A DNA stretch of 64,000 nucleotides, from contig OX597816.1 of assembly GCA_951406725.2 (NCBI GenBank), positions 165,540,001 through 165,604,000 of the forward strand. The letters are read 5' to 3'. The DNA comes from Octopus vulgaris. Its lineage: Eukaryota. Position 1 is the first letter of the stretch. Each line of letters opens with the position of its first letter. Position numbers and translations under genes: made by a program. Positions 52,682 through 64,000 of the stretch are shown in pieces. The notes under the pieces are model-generated. The model saw only the letters and a program-made list of their open reading frames with translations, searched no databases and was not told where the DNA came from.

Positions 52682-52750
52682 CTTGATATCTTTTTCTAAG
52701 ATCGCAGCCGATGGCCTCCGCGTTCGACTTAACATCGGAACTAAAGACAT
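52682..52750 (-). CDS. Putative first coding exon of an unidentified split gene (MSLVPMLSRTRRPSAAILEKDIK, 23 codons, phase 0)
   Basis: ATG with G at -3 and an in-frame TGA 12 nt upstream; 69-nt open frame ending AAG|GTGAGG (strong donor); lies in a repeat-poor, CpG-richer island. Product not recognised. Confidence 0.65.
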
Positions 52751-52866
52751 GTCTGGTGGTCAGATTTATTTGTTAACCGCAAAAAAACAAAAAATAAAAT
52801 GGCACCGGCACGGAGAGAAGACGGGAGGCAAAAGTATAGAGTAAATCTATGAGTATATATATATAT

Positions 52867-52897
<31 letters not shown>

Positions 52898-53171
52898 AGT
52901 ATGTGTATATGAGAAGAAAGGAGCTTGGTCCTTGCACTGGTAGAGCTAACCACGCTCAGGTCGTTTATATATCCACACACATGACGATGACACTGTGTAT
53001 GGAGAAGTGAAAAGACTGGAGTTTCAAAGGCATGGACCGACTCGATGTGAATGAAGAGAAAGAATATCTCTCGCTGAAGTTGTTAACAGTTGTAAGTCCC
53101 CTTACAGTCAATACTACTGCTGCTGCTGCTGTTGTTAAGAAATACACAACTCAATTAGAAACCCCTTCTCT

Positions 53172-53202
<31 letters not shown>

Positions 53203-53900
53203 ATTCACTCTCTCGCCCACTCTTTAAAACATTCACTCAACTAATTCGATAACTCTCTCTCTCTCTCTATCTATCACCCACATACTCTCATCTACTAATT
53301 AAATCTTCCTCTCTTTCTCTCACACACACACAATCACTCTCTTGCTCACAAATACGATCACTCCCTCTCTCTTACACACTTACTCGCTCACACTTTCACA
53401 CACACACACACACACTTACTCGCTCACACTTTCACACACACACACTTACTCGCTCACACTTTCACACACACACACTTACTCGCTCACACTTTCACACACA
53501 CACTTACTCGCTCACTCTTTCATACACACACACACACACACTTACTCTCTCACTCTTTCACACACATTCACTAATTAAATCTCTCTCTCTCTCCCGCGCT
53601 ATTGTCTATCTCTCCTCCTCCTCCTCTCTCACTGCTTAAGGGCGAGTCACTCCATCGACTCACAAACATAAATCCTAACAGCAAAGTAACAGGATCAGCG
53701 AAGTCAGTAGTAACGTGAACAGCCGTTTATAGCAGTAAATGACTATTTTCTGAAGGGTTCACCCTCCTCCTACACACAAGAGTTGTTGGCTTATTTTCTT
53801 TCGTACTGTATTTTTTTCTTTTCTTTTCCATCATTCGCCCACCACTTTTCATTCATCGGAATCCAACGGTGAATATTGCATAAGAATATCGGACCCAACG
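52751..53900 (-). promoter_or_regulatory. Probable 5' UTR / promoter region of the minus-strand gene
   Basis: SINE-free interval directly upstream of the ATG with (GA)n and (GT)n tracts and elevated CpG; a possible acceptor (ccag|ACATG) sits 2 nt before the ATG. TSS cannot be located. Confidence 0.4.
53372..53566. repeat. Minisatellite of about six 28-38-bp units (cacacttactcgctcacactttcaca)
   Basis: ACTTAC cores start at 53378, 53414, 53444, 53474, 53502 and 53540. Confidence 0.9.
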
Positions 53901-54146
53901 AGCATAAATTGGAGGGAGTTAAGAAAGCAGTCAAACGATACGGAAATGTGTTCATAATAACGAAAAATTAGCGATGTAAATCGAATAGTGTTTATATAAA
54001 CAATGCCTTTAGATAACTAAATGGTCGTTAATTCAATTATTAGAGTCTCGTTTCGTAATGTTGTTGAATGCGCCTCTCAGCTTTTGTTTAAGTTATGGAT
54101 ATGAAACAGGACTACCAATATAAGTTTCCCAAACAACTGGACAGAC

Positions 54147-54378
54147 CAGTAATTCTCAACCAGGGTCTATGTGACCTGGGGAGGGGGTTCCGTGTAGGAT
54201 TTTGTAAAATTTATGCGCAAAAACTGTTTTACTTCTACAATGCTCAAAATATTTTAATTTTTTTTTTATTTAATTCCAAATAATATTTAATTACAGAAAT
54301 ATAATAGGATTTTTTTTTTTATGAGGGTCCGTCCAAATTAGGAATCGAAAGTCTTTTTTAAATGGTTGAGAAACACCA
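54147..54378. mobile_element. hAT MITE
   Basis: cagtaattctcaacc / ggttgagaaacacca ends; flanks ggacagac / agatagac; relatives at 48948-49175 and from 9886. Confidence 0.7.
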
Positions 54379-55384
54379 AGATAGACGTAAATAAAATATT
54401 AGACATCTTAGCGAGTTTATATAATAATAATTAGCCAATCGTTTAGCTATTATATTGAATGAGAAATAAAAGTATATATTTAAATGATGCTAAATATATA
54501 TCATAATCCAACATTGAAGAAAATAACAATACGGGATCGTGAGAAATACAGAAAAATGAATAAAAGAAATACAACAGCAAAAATTAGAAAGAATAAGAAA
54601 ACGGCATTTGATGATGGTGTGTGTATTGATTACACAATTGATAAAATAGACAATGGATAAGAGACCACGTGCTGACAAATAGGAGCCAACGTGCTCTGTT
54701 GAAGCAGAATTGAATGTATTCTATTAAATTGGCGGGATAGCCATGGCATACAAGTTTGGAAAACTCGGGGCGGGGTACATTTATAAAAAGTAACAGCTGA
54801 TTGTCGCCAAATGGTACTTCACCAAGAGTTACGAATCACGTCAATGTACATCTGAAATAACATCTAAGATAAATAAAATTCCTTTGGTAATAATTAAAAA
54901 CGGGGTGACAGCGCTAAGCAGTGATGGGTATAGATATATGCTCGAGGAGAGTTCGAACCCGTGAGAAAGCCTTTCGATGTATTTTATCAGGGAGAAAATT
55001 TCTCTGTAAACAGAAAGGTGTAAGGACTCAGTTGAGTTTGCTCCTTTCTGTCAACAGCGAAAAATTTCATCCACAACAAAATACAGTGAAAGACTATCTC
55101 GAGGGTTCGAATATGCCTCCAGCATATTTGAACTTCTTTAAGTTTGTGTTAATAATAATTGTTAAGAATTTCGGTACATGGCACGGGACTTTTTTTTTAA
55201 GGGAGACACTTTTATTGGATACTATCAACCTCGGCATTTGACTGGTGGACTTATTCTATTGCCTTTACATACCCTACCTCTGCAAGGAGGAAATAAAAAG
55301 TAAAACTGACCTCAGCAGATATCGAACTCCGAACGCAAAGAGTGAAAACGGATTACAGCAAAGTATTTTTATTACGCTCTAACG

Positions 55385-55809
55385 CAGTGTTTCCCAAACA
55401 TTTTTTGCTCATGGACCTCCTCTAATTCCTATTTTACTCTGCTGGATCCTTACAACCATTCGAAGTTTCAAAAATTCTGTTATATGTTTATAATTAAATA
55501 ATATTAAAAATTATATTAAAATACTTGTTAAAATATTTTGTGTATTGTAAAAATAAGCAGAATCAGTTTATTGCACATAAATATTAACAAAATCTTATGT
55601 GGACCCCAGGGTCGGCTCAAGGTACCGGCAATTTGGGCAGTCGTCCGGGGTACCATGTGTTAGGGGACGCCAAGGAGGGTGTGACAAAGACAAGGACATT
55701 TCCACGACCATCAGCTTGTACACTCCGAAGTTCTGTTTGCCCGGGGTTCCAGCAACCCTAGGGCCGGCACTGGAACCCCAAGGACCATATGGACTGTTGA
55801 GAATCACTG
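55385..55809. mobile_element. hAT MITE with a nested GC-rich CAGGGTCGGC...GCCGGCACTG element (about 55607-55772)
   Basis: cagtgtttcccaaac / gttgagaatcactg outer ends; inner element has its own inverted ends. Confidence 0.65.
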
Positions 55810-56039
55810 AACGATTCGGTCAACTTGGCCTTTTATTATCTTTCTTTGATAATAATTATCTGATTTGTCACAAGTTTGGCAATTTTGAGGGTAGGGATAT
55901 GGATAAGCTGATACTATCGTCACACTTCGCACCTGGACAGATTTTCAGCTCAGAACGTAAAGAGTCAGATGAAATACCGCAAGGTATTCAATTCAACGCG
56001 CTAACAATTCTGCCAGCTCGCCACCCACCATAATAATAA

Positions 56040-56438
56040 TATTGGTTTCAAATCCAGGCACATGGTCAGTAATTTTGGGGAATGGGGTAAGTCGATTACA
56101 TCGACCCCGAAAGGATGAAAGGCCAAGTCGACCTCGGCGGAGTTTAAACTTAGAATGTAAAGGCGGATGAAATGCCGCTAAGCCTCTCGCCCGGCGTGCT
56201 AACGATTCTTATTTCTTTATTGCCCATAAGGGGCTAAACATGGAGGGGACAAACAAGGACAAACAAACGGATTGAGTCGATTACATCGACCCCAGTGCGT
56301 AACTGATACTTATTTAATCGATCCCGAAAGGACGAAAGGCAAAGTCGACCTCGGCGGAATTTGAACTCAGAACGTAACGGCAGACGAAATACGGCTACAC
56401 ATTTCGCCCGGCGTGCTAACGTTTCTGCCAGCTCGCCA
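56040..56438 (-). mobile_element. Two adjacent or nested SINE family B copies
   Basis: Two CpG-rich B cores. Confidence 0.85.
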
Positions 56439-56859
56439 ACAAATTTTCTGATAGTAGAAATACAACTGTAGCTTCAAAATTAGTTGTAAACTTTTTTTTA
56501 TTTATTTTAATCTCTCCGCGGATGTCGTTCTGACCGGTTTCTCTTCTCTTCGGAATCTCACCAGGGAACGTGTACCTCTTTCGCCTGTCTACCGAGAGAC
56601 TAAATAACGTGTAGTTATTTATAGCGAATACAAATCAGGAGTTAGCCAGACCAGACAGTCTAATTCATTCATATAACAGGGCATTTCGTTGGCAAGGTGG
56701 TGAATTAATTAATGTACAAAACAACATCTGCTAGATAATTGGAAAGGAGATATACTTTTAATAAGACAATTCAGTTTCACCCCACGAACACAAAAACATT
56801 TGTTTACCTTTCAAGAGTGTGTGTGTGTGTGTGTACAATTACACACAAAAAGCTGTAGC

Positions 56860-57030
56860 TAACTCATCTGTTATACCAACAACCGTGTACGCCAGTGAAA
56901 CCTGGAAGAAGACAGCGAAGATCTCTCAATTGCTGGACGGGTCCCATCGACGTTGCCTCCGTCCACTCCTGGTTATTTCTTATAGGGACAGAGTGAGAAA
57001 CAAAGAGGTGACGAGAAGAGCAGGTATGAG
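56860..57030 (+). mobile_element. RTE-clade LINE ORF2 fragment
   Basis: VIPTTVYASETWKKTAKISQLLDGSHRRCLRPLLVISYRDRVRNKEVTRRAG matches the RTE Y.SETW...RCLR.IL.I.W.DR..N.EV motif. Confidence 0.85.
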
Positions 57031-57034
57031 AAAT

Positions 57035-57405
57035 CCGGGAAGGATTTGTACCAAACTGGCATTGAGAGTTACACAAACAACAGATCTTTGCTTAGTGCCA
57101 AAGATCCCAGTATCGCAATCAAGATACAGGACCAAATACTGCAACAGCCTGTGTTTCAAGGGCCCACAGCTCCTCCATATCTTTCACCAAAAGCCTTAGA
57201 GACTTACATTGAGTGAATGTAGGTGTCTTCAAAACAAAAGTGAAACTCCTTCCTATCAAGGGTTCCGGATGAGCTTACTCAAGGAAACGCAGATAAGGAC
57301 AGCAGCATCAAACACACTCATTCGCCAACTGAGGCTTCAAGTAGAGGTGTAGCAATGCTAATAGCGGTGCCCCAACATGGCCGCAACTCTCGAGCAGAAA
57401 CTGGG
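57035..57405 (+). mobile_element. CR1-group (L2/Crack-like) LINE 3' end
   Basis: CLVPKIP..SRYRTKYCNSLCFKGPQL..LRDL..VFKTK..RVPDE..AASNTL (with frameshifts), followed by a gcggtgccccaacatggccgca tail. Confidence 0.7.
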
Positions 57406-57419
57406 TACAAAGTTTTATA

Positions 57420-57658
57420 CAGTAAGCCCTCGACTATTGCAGGTTTTACGTTCCAAAACCTCACAAAGAAATAATTAAAATCTAAAAAAATATAAATACC
57501 TATCGGTCGCAGAAACCCGGAAATACTGAGGAGACCGCGATATAAATTTAAATATATTAGTCAGAAATACTCGCGACGTACTGAGTGCGCGTTATGTGAA
57601 CCGCGACGAATTGAGTGCGCGATAGGTGAACCGCGACGTATTGAGTGCGCGATTACTG
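57420..57658. mobile_element. Tigger/pogo-type MITE with three ~30-bp subterminal tandem units
   Basis: TA|CAGTA...TACTG|TA; repeated cgcgacg.a.tgagtgcgcg. Relatives at 9630-9815 and about 63580-63665. Confidence 0.8.
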
Positions 57659-58004
57659 TATATATTTCTATAGCGGAGGAGAGACGAAAAATTGTCCCAG
57701 CAGTGGCGGATGTGAGGTCGCGCGCGCAAGAGAGAGAGAGAGTGTGTGTGTGTGCGTGTGTTTGTTTGTCTGTGCGTGAGCACGCGCGCGCACACAGAAA
57801 TATGAGTGGGTAAACTTGATTAATTCCTTATACCTAGCTAAACGTTTGTCAAGCGTACTCAACAATCGACTGAGGGTTGACCGCATGAAATCTTTAGCTA
57901 CGATGAGTTTTGTCAACACGCAACTACATCCGTCTACACCCGACTAAAATAGCTATCATTTTCTTTTTCTTTTCTTGTCAACTTGTACGAAAATCACGTA
58001 AAAA

Positions 58005-58402
58005 CTTTATATATAAAAGTGAAGTTGTGTGTCTATCTCCTACGATTTAGATTCCTAACTACTCCCACATTTTGCAGTGCAGTTTAACCAAAACCGGGTA
58101 TCTTATAGTCGTGATTCATATCGAGCCCTTCTGGGAATTAGCGCGCGTCTACGATGAGTCTACGATTTTAAAAATAATTTACCATCATTTTTTCCCATTT
58201 TAATGCATTTTTTTCGCTATTATATAAGGGAAGTAACTCTCTAAAAATGTCTACGATGAGTCAACGATTTAAAAAAAAATTTACGATCATTTTTTTTCCA
58301 TTTTTAATGCATTTTTTAAATACTTTTTGGCTACAACTCTCTAAAAATGCTTATATAGTTATTTCCCTTACAAACCTGAGCAACGCCGGGCGATACTGCT
58401 AG
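58005..58402 (+). mobile_element. Non-autonomous Helitron-type element
   Basis: 5' tatatataaaagtgaag start, internal ~100-bp tandem duplication (gtctacgatgagtc...), 3' hairpin-like cctgagcaacgccggg and a CTAG|T terminus. Confidence 0.75.
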
Positions 58403-58782
58403 TATTATATATAGTCGGCAGACCTAACGCCGTTTTTTGGTCAGAGAGAAAAACGTGTAGTTTAACAAGAGAATAGACTTTTGTCAGGAAAGTTTAAAAT
58501 GTGTGTTTACTAAAAACCTGTAGGTCAACTTTATATCACTTTTATATAAATGGGAGTGAGTGTGCGTGTGTATAGAAACGTATATGTATTGATAGATGGG
58601 TATCTTTTATCTTTTACTTCTTTCAGTCATTAGACTGCGGCCATGCCGAGGCACCGCATTGAATAAATTTTAGTCGAAGGAATCAAACGTAGTACTTATT
58701 TTTTTAAAACCTGGTACTTATTCTATTTTCACTCTTTGCCGAACCGCTAAGTTCTATACCATCGCCGGTTGTCAAGTAGATA

Positions 58783-59280
58783 TCAGGTTATCCCATAAGT
58801 TCTGTCCGATTTTACCTTTTTAAAAATTGAATTAAATTTTATAGTATTTTAGAATGTCTAATGGAATTTAAAATTATTTTTATGCATTTGTGTACATTTA
58901 AACTAATTAAATATTATTTTAGAGAATAATAGAATTAAAATTTATTTGATTAAAACCCTTTATAACAAGGAAGTATCCAAAGAGCATTTAAGGCACATAA
59001 TGCTTTATGAGTACACAAAAGGAAACTTTGCAGCCGAAGCGATCGAAACATACACTCAGTTTATGGGAAAGAATGCTTGAATGAAAGAACTTGCAGAAGA
59101 TGGTTTGCAAAATTCAGAAATGGAGATTTCAGCCTTGAAGATGAAGATCTAACAGGACGTCCAGTTGAGTTTGATGATAAGATCCTTGAGGCATTACTTA
59201 AAGAAGATCCTGCATTATTAGTTGAAGAAATGGCAATAAAGCTTACTTAAAACCATACAACTAACTGTTCATCGTCATCT
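58783..59280 (+). mobile_element. Mariner transposon 5' remnant (TIR and degenerate N-terminal HTH of the transposase)
   Basis: TA|TCAGGTTATCCCATAAGTTCTGTCCG end; LRHIMLYEYTKG..YGKECLNERTCRRWFAKFRNGDFSLEDEDLTGRP..LEALLKEDP with a frameshift; truncated. Confidence 0.9.
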
Positions 59281-59562
59281 AAACTAAATAACAAGCACAC
59301 GAAAAGATCGATTCTGAAAAGATGAAAAACGAAGCTGACTGAGAAAGCATTCGAACTCCGTACACAGAGAAACGGGAAAAAAACTCCACTCTCGATGCAA
59401 CCAACCAACAAAATGGTCGCTAAGGCATAAGGTTACAAATTTATCGACTCCAGTATTCCATTGGTATTTAATTCAGAGACCCAAAGATGGTGAAAGGGCA
59501 AAGTGGATCGCGGTGGGATTTCAATACAGAAAATAAAGAGACCTAATCAAATACAGCAAAGC

Positions 59563-59932
59563 TATTTCTTTACTACCCACAAGGGGCTAAACACAGAGAG
59601 GACAAACAAGGACAGACAAACAGATTAAGTCGATTATATCGACCCCAGTGCGTAACTGGTACTTATTTAATCGACCCCGAAAGGATGAAAGGCAAAGTCG
59701 ACCTCGGCGGAATTTGAACTCAGAACGTGAAGGGGCTAAACACAGAGGGGACAAACAAGGACAGACATAGGTATTAAGTCGATTATCGACCCCAGTGCGT
59801 AACTGGTACTTAATTAATCGACCCCGAAAGGATGAAAGGCAAAGTCGACCTCGACGGAATTTAAACTCACAACGTAACGACAGACGAAATACCGCTAACA
59901 TTTCGCCCGGCTTGCTAACGTCTCTGCCAGCT
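59563..59932 (-). mobile_element. Tandem dimer of SINE family B
   Basis: The block aaggggctaaacacagag...gaactca occurs twice head-to-tail. Confidence 0.85.
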
Positions 59933-60739
59933 AGCAAAGCATTTTGTCTCGTGCTCCACCGATTTTGCTCATCTACCTGCCACCCTGGCTATGGATAAAA
60001 TCTAATTTCCAACATAGGTACAAAGCTTCAAATTTAGAGGATCACAATACAGCCCTGCAGTCGATTGTCCTTGTTTTATGGCGTAAAAGATGTACGAGTG
60101 TATTAGACGGATCCCAATTTCATCAGCGCCTTTTCTCTTCTGTTTTACTCGTTTAAGCCATTTGATTGCAGCCGTATTGGGGCACCACCCTGAGGAATTT
60201 TTAGTCGAATAAATCGACCCATCTGCCAGCTCTAAATACGAAATATCAATTTTGTTCGTTATATTTATAGTGCCGACATTATATATACACCAGGGAAAAA
60301 TTCACAGCTTGACTTTTAATGAGGGCGGGCTATACACCAACGCACAAACTGCAACGAATAATAAATAATAAGACGAAGCATACAAGTTATTTGTTTATAA
60401 TGTCGCTGTGTACAGATTCTGTTCTGTTTCAATTTTATTGGAGACGTTATCTTTTATCAAACATCTAAACAAATCCGAACGCGGAGTTTACCTCATCACT
60501 TGGCCTACCAGAAATAGCAGCCAAACCGCCAAATTCAAATTACAAACACACAAATTGTATTATATAACTCCTACGCAATATACGATCAAAAGTGAGGGTG
60601 GTCACTACTGGAGTGGTTCTGGTCATATATATTCTGGATCGGGTTGATTTCATGTTAAACAACGCTAAGGTTTCTTTTTTTTTCTTTTTTCTAACAAATT
60701 CTATTCTCTGATTGAAAAGTTCTGGGTTATCTAGATCAT

Positions 60740-61170
60740 AGATTACACGCGGTTTCGATTCCTGGTTATGGCTATTTCACTTAGCTGCAAATGCGTGCGT
60801 TTAAGTCGACGCACGGTTTCGATTCTAGCTGAAATATATTTACTTCATGTAGTGGTTAATAGTCTTTTCTACTCTAGGTACCATGCTCGAAAGTTTTGTT
60901 TTTTTTTTGTTGTTTTGGAGGGGTAGAGATAGTCAATTAGATCCCCCCCCCCAGTATGTAACTGGTACTTAATTTATCGACCCCGAAAGGATGAAAGGCA
61001 AAGTCGACTTCAACAGAATTTATCAAGCAAGATATGACACGGTTTCGATATATGGTGGCAGTTGTTTCATTTCATCTACCTGCCAATATTGTGTGTAAAA
61101 TGTCATACGGTTTCGATTTCTGCTGATGTCCATCTCATTTCACGTAGCAGCCAATATCATACAAGATACG
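60740..61170. repeat. Degenerate ~64-68-bp tandem array with a CGGTTTCGAT core, split by a SINE B fragment
   Basis: Cores at 60750, 60814, 61040 and 61108. Confidence 0.7.
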
Positions 61171-61197
61171 AAAGTCTCGAGTCCATTTCTGCAAACT

Positions 61198-61408
61198 TTA
61201 CTCTTTTACTTGTTTCAGTCATTTTGACTGCGGCCATGCTGGAGCACCGCCTTTAATCGAGCAACTCGACCCCGGGACTTATTCTTTTTGTAAGCCCAGT
61301 ACTTATTCTATCGGTCTCTTTTGCCGAACCGCTAAGTAACGGAGACATAAACACACCAGCATCGGTTGTCAAGCAATGCTAGGGGGACAAACACAGACAC
61401 ACAAACAA

Positions 61409-61467
<59 letters not shown>

Positions 61468-61637
61468 CATATATACAACAGGCTTCTTTCAGTTTCCGTC
61501 TACCAAATCCACTCACAAGGCATTGGTCGGCCCGGGGCTATAGCAGAAGACACTTGCCCAAGATGCCACGCAGTGGGACTAACCCGGAACCATGTGGTTG
61601 GTTAGCAAGCTACTTACCACACAGCCACTCCTGCGCC
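61198..61637 (-). mobile_element. SINE family A, well conserved (CpG-retaining, probably young)
   Basis: Complete head (ggcgcaggagtggctgtgtggtaag) through tail. Further copies near 1-165, 26200-26515, 28615-29160, 40128-40485, 43690-43960, 49975-50290 and 63438-63547. Confidence 0.85.
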
Positions 61638-63071
61638 TTTGTGCAAGAAAATTCTACAAAACACCACAGAATTCCTTATAAATGATAACCAATAAAACTA
61701 AACCTGGCCATCATTCCAAAATGTCCAATCTAGAGTAAGGATTCTTCACTGGGGTTAACAGAAACTAAACTCGGGAATAGGGGACATGATCAGTTGTATT
61801 TATACGATTTTCTTTCTGGTTCTTGCTCCAGCTCACTCATATTTTTGCTTTATCTTTTACCTGCTTCAGTCATTAGTGCGGCTATGCTGGGGCACAGCCT
61901 TGAAGAACTTTTTTGTCGAATGAATCGACAACTAGTTTTTTTTTTTCTCCCTTTTAAGTCTAGTACTTATTCTATCAATCTGCTATTGCCGAATCGCTAA
62001 GTTGCGGGGACATAAACACACCAACACCGGTTCACAAGCTGTGATGATGGATAGACAAACACACTCACACATTATACATATATAATTGAGATTCGGTTGA
62101 ATTAGGTACTTAAGTTGAAGCACCGAGTCAGTCCGGTATTATCCGCACAGATCGAAGGTGAAAAAAATCAAAATAAGCAACAGGATATCAAGTAGTGTTG
62201 CAGTATGACCGTTTCAAGCGACTCCATTTAATTGAAAAATGCAATCATTACATCAATTTAAATACAGTGCCATCATCAGCTGCACAAATAAATAAATAGA
62301 ATTTTAACCAGTTGGACCATCATCATCTTTTAACGTCCGTTTCCCATGCTGTCATGGTTTGGGCAGTTTGACCAGAACTAGCAAGTTGGGGAGCTGCATC
62401 AAGTTCTTGTTTGATTTGGGATGGTTTCTGCGACAGGATGCCCTTCCTAACACCAACCACTTTACAGTGTACTGTGTGCTTTTAACGTGGCACCACACGA
62501 GCACTTTTACATGGCAGCGGTACAGGATTCTTGCAGACCCCATTGTTTGATAACCGGTACTGGTTTATATCGCCGAAACTTAGCGGTTCGGCATAAAAAG
62601 GATAGAATAAGTATCAGGCTTTAAAAAAATAATACTGTGGTTCGATTCGTTGAACTAAAACCCTTCAAGGTGGTGTCCCAGCATGGCCGCAGTCCAATGA
62701 CTGAAACAAGTACATGATAAATGATTAACAACTGCATTACTTAACGTTTTACAATAACGTACGTAATGGACGTCGTGGAATTTGAGGCGCAGCTCATGAA
62801 TGAAGACGTAAGTCACTCATGCATGTGTGTTATGTGTAGCATGTATGTATGCGAGTGAATGTGTTTCGCCGTATATCGGTGAAGGTTGTAAACATAAACG
62901 GGCAAACAGTATATTCAAACGAAGTGCAACGAGTTACAAAACACTCCCTTGAAATTTTCCTTATGAGAAATGCAGTGAGCCAGTGACTGAATTGGTGGAA
63001 ACCTTTACCAAATCACGCTATTGGTTCTGACATAATTATGATATAAAATACAATAAATTCCTCGGCAACCA

Positions 63072-63112
<41 letters not shown>

Positions 63113-64000
63113 CATGCATATATATATATATACATATACACGGCTGTCCCACTGAAGAAAACTGGCCTTCAGCAAATACTTTTTTGCTGGAAATAGTTAG
63201 AAACCGTCGGTCTGGGAAATAGTTGAGATGGTAAACATTTTTAATTTGCATTCCTTTCGTGAATTTATCCTTTTTTTTTTTTGTGTGGTCTTGAGATTTC
63301 TACTGCTCTTTCTAGCACAACGCTTTCCTATTTGGAAGCCTCTTATTGTATACATACATATACAATTAATCAAAGGACATACTAAGTATGTCTACCTGCT
63401 TGAAACAACAGTCAAAACTCCTACTGAATCGCCAAGACAGGCTTCTTTCAGTTTCCGTTTACCAAATCTACTAACATGCAGTGGGACTGAACCTGGAACC
63501 ATGTGGTTGGTGAGAAAGCTACTTACCACACAGCCACTCCTGCGCCTATGTACAAATTATAAAGATAATTAAAATTTATATACAGTACAGTACTGTTTGT
63601 ACTTAGCGGATTTTCACCTACCGCGGGAGGGGATGTAACACCCGCAATAGTCGAAGGATTGCTGTACATGTAGGATAGATTTGTTTAACCCCTGATCGAA
63701 CGAACCTATTATCAAAGGCATTCTAACCATAATTAACGCAATCTTTCTAATGAGACGGTAGGTTATGCGATTCCAAGCAGACGTGACTGCAATATTTAGT
63801 ACATGCTCTTTAGGTGGTTCATGTTCTTGTTCGTAAATTAACCAGTACACGCTCACAAACACGAGCTATGTGATACTTCAGTGGGCGGCATACTACTTTA
63901 GCGTTCCAGATGTATTTAAGCTATTTTTTTTCTTTTCTGCGACACAGCAGAAACTGTTTCCTAAACCAACAACCCTGTCATTCTCAATGAATACGACACG

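Noticed and set aside
55599-56033. 144-aa GC-rich ORF
   Set aside because: Spans a nested MITE and a SINE B copy; chance open frame.

Overview
AT-rich eukaryotic genomic DNA, about half covered by short interspersed repeats and microsatellites. The SINE repertoire looks like that of an octopus (Octopus sp.); this is pattern recognition, not a database result. None of the long ORFs in the supplied track looks like a real cellular gene: they are microsatellite or SINE read-throughs or transposon debris. The best gene signal is a minus-strand split gene of unknown identity. A 69-nt first coding exon (52750-52682, MSLVPMLSRTRRPSAAILEKDIK) and a 48-nt phase-0 exon (5151-5104, VHFDLPELNTLHKLHK) are separated by an apparent 47.5-kb intron, and the gene continues left of the window. 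The most interesting signals concern how this intron could be processed. (1) A textbook recursive-splicing (ratchet) site, polypyrimidine-TAG|GTAAGT, lies at 16162/16161. (2) A perfect 46-bp inverted repeat with arms 5 kb apart has one arm covering a candidate 5' splice site. (3) Six tandem GTAAGT donors lie upstream of the start codon. (4) Nearby inverted SINE pairs could form ADAR substrates. Also present are several tRNA-type SINE families, CR1/RTE/L2-like LINE fragments, mariner remnants, hAT/piggyBac/Tigger MITEs (often nested), Helitron/Helentron-type elements and a degenerate Penelope-type minimal hammerhead ribozyme motif. Repeat boundaries are approximate unless target-site duplications are quoted.
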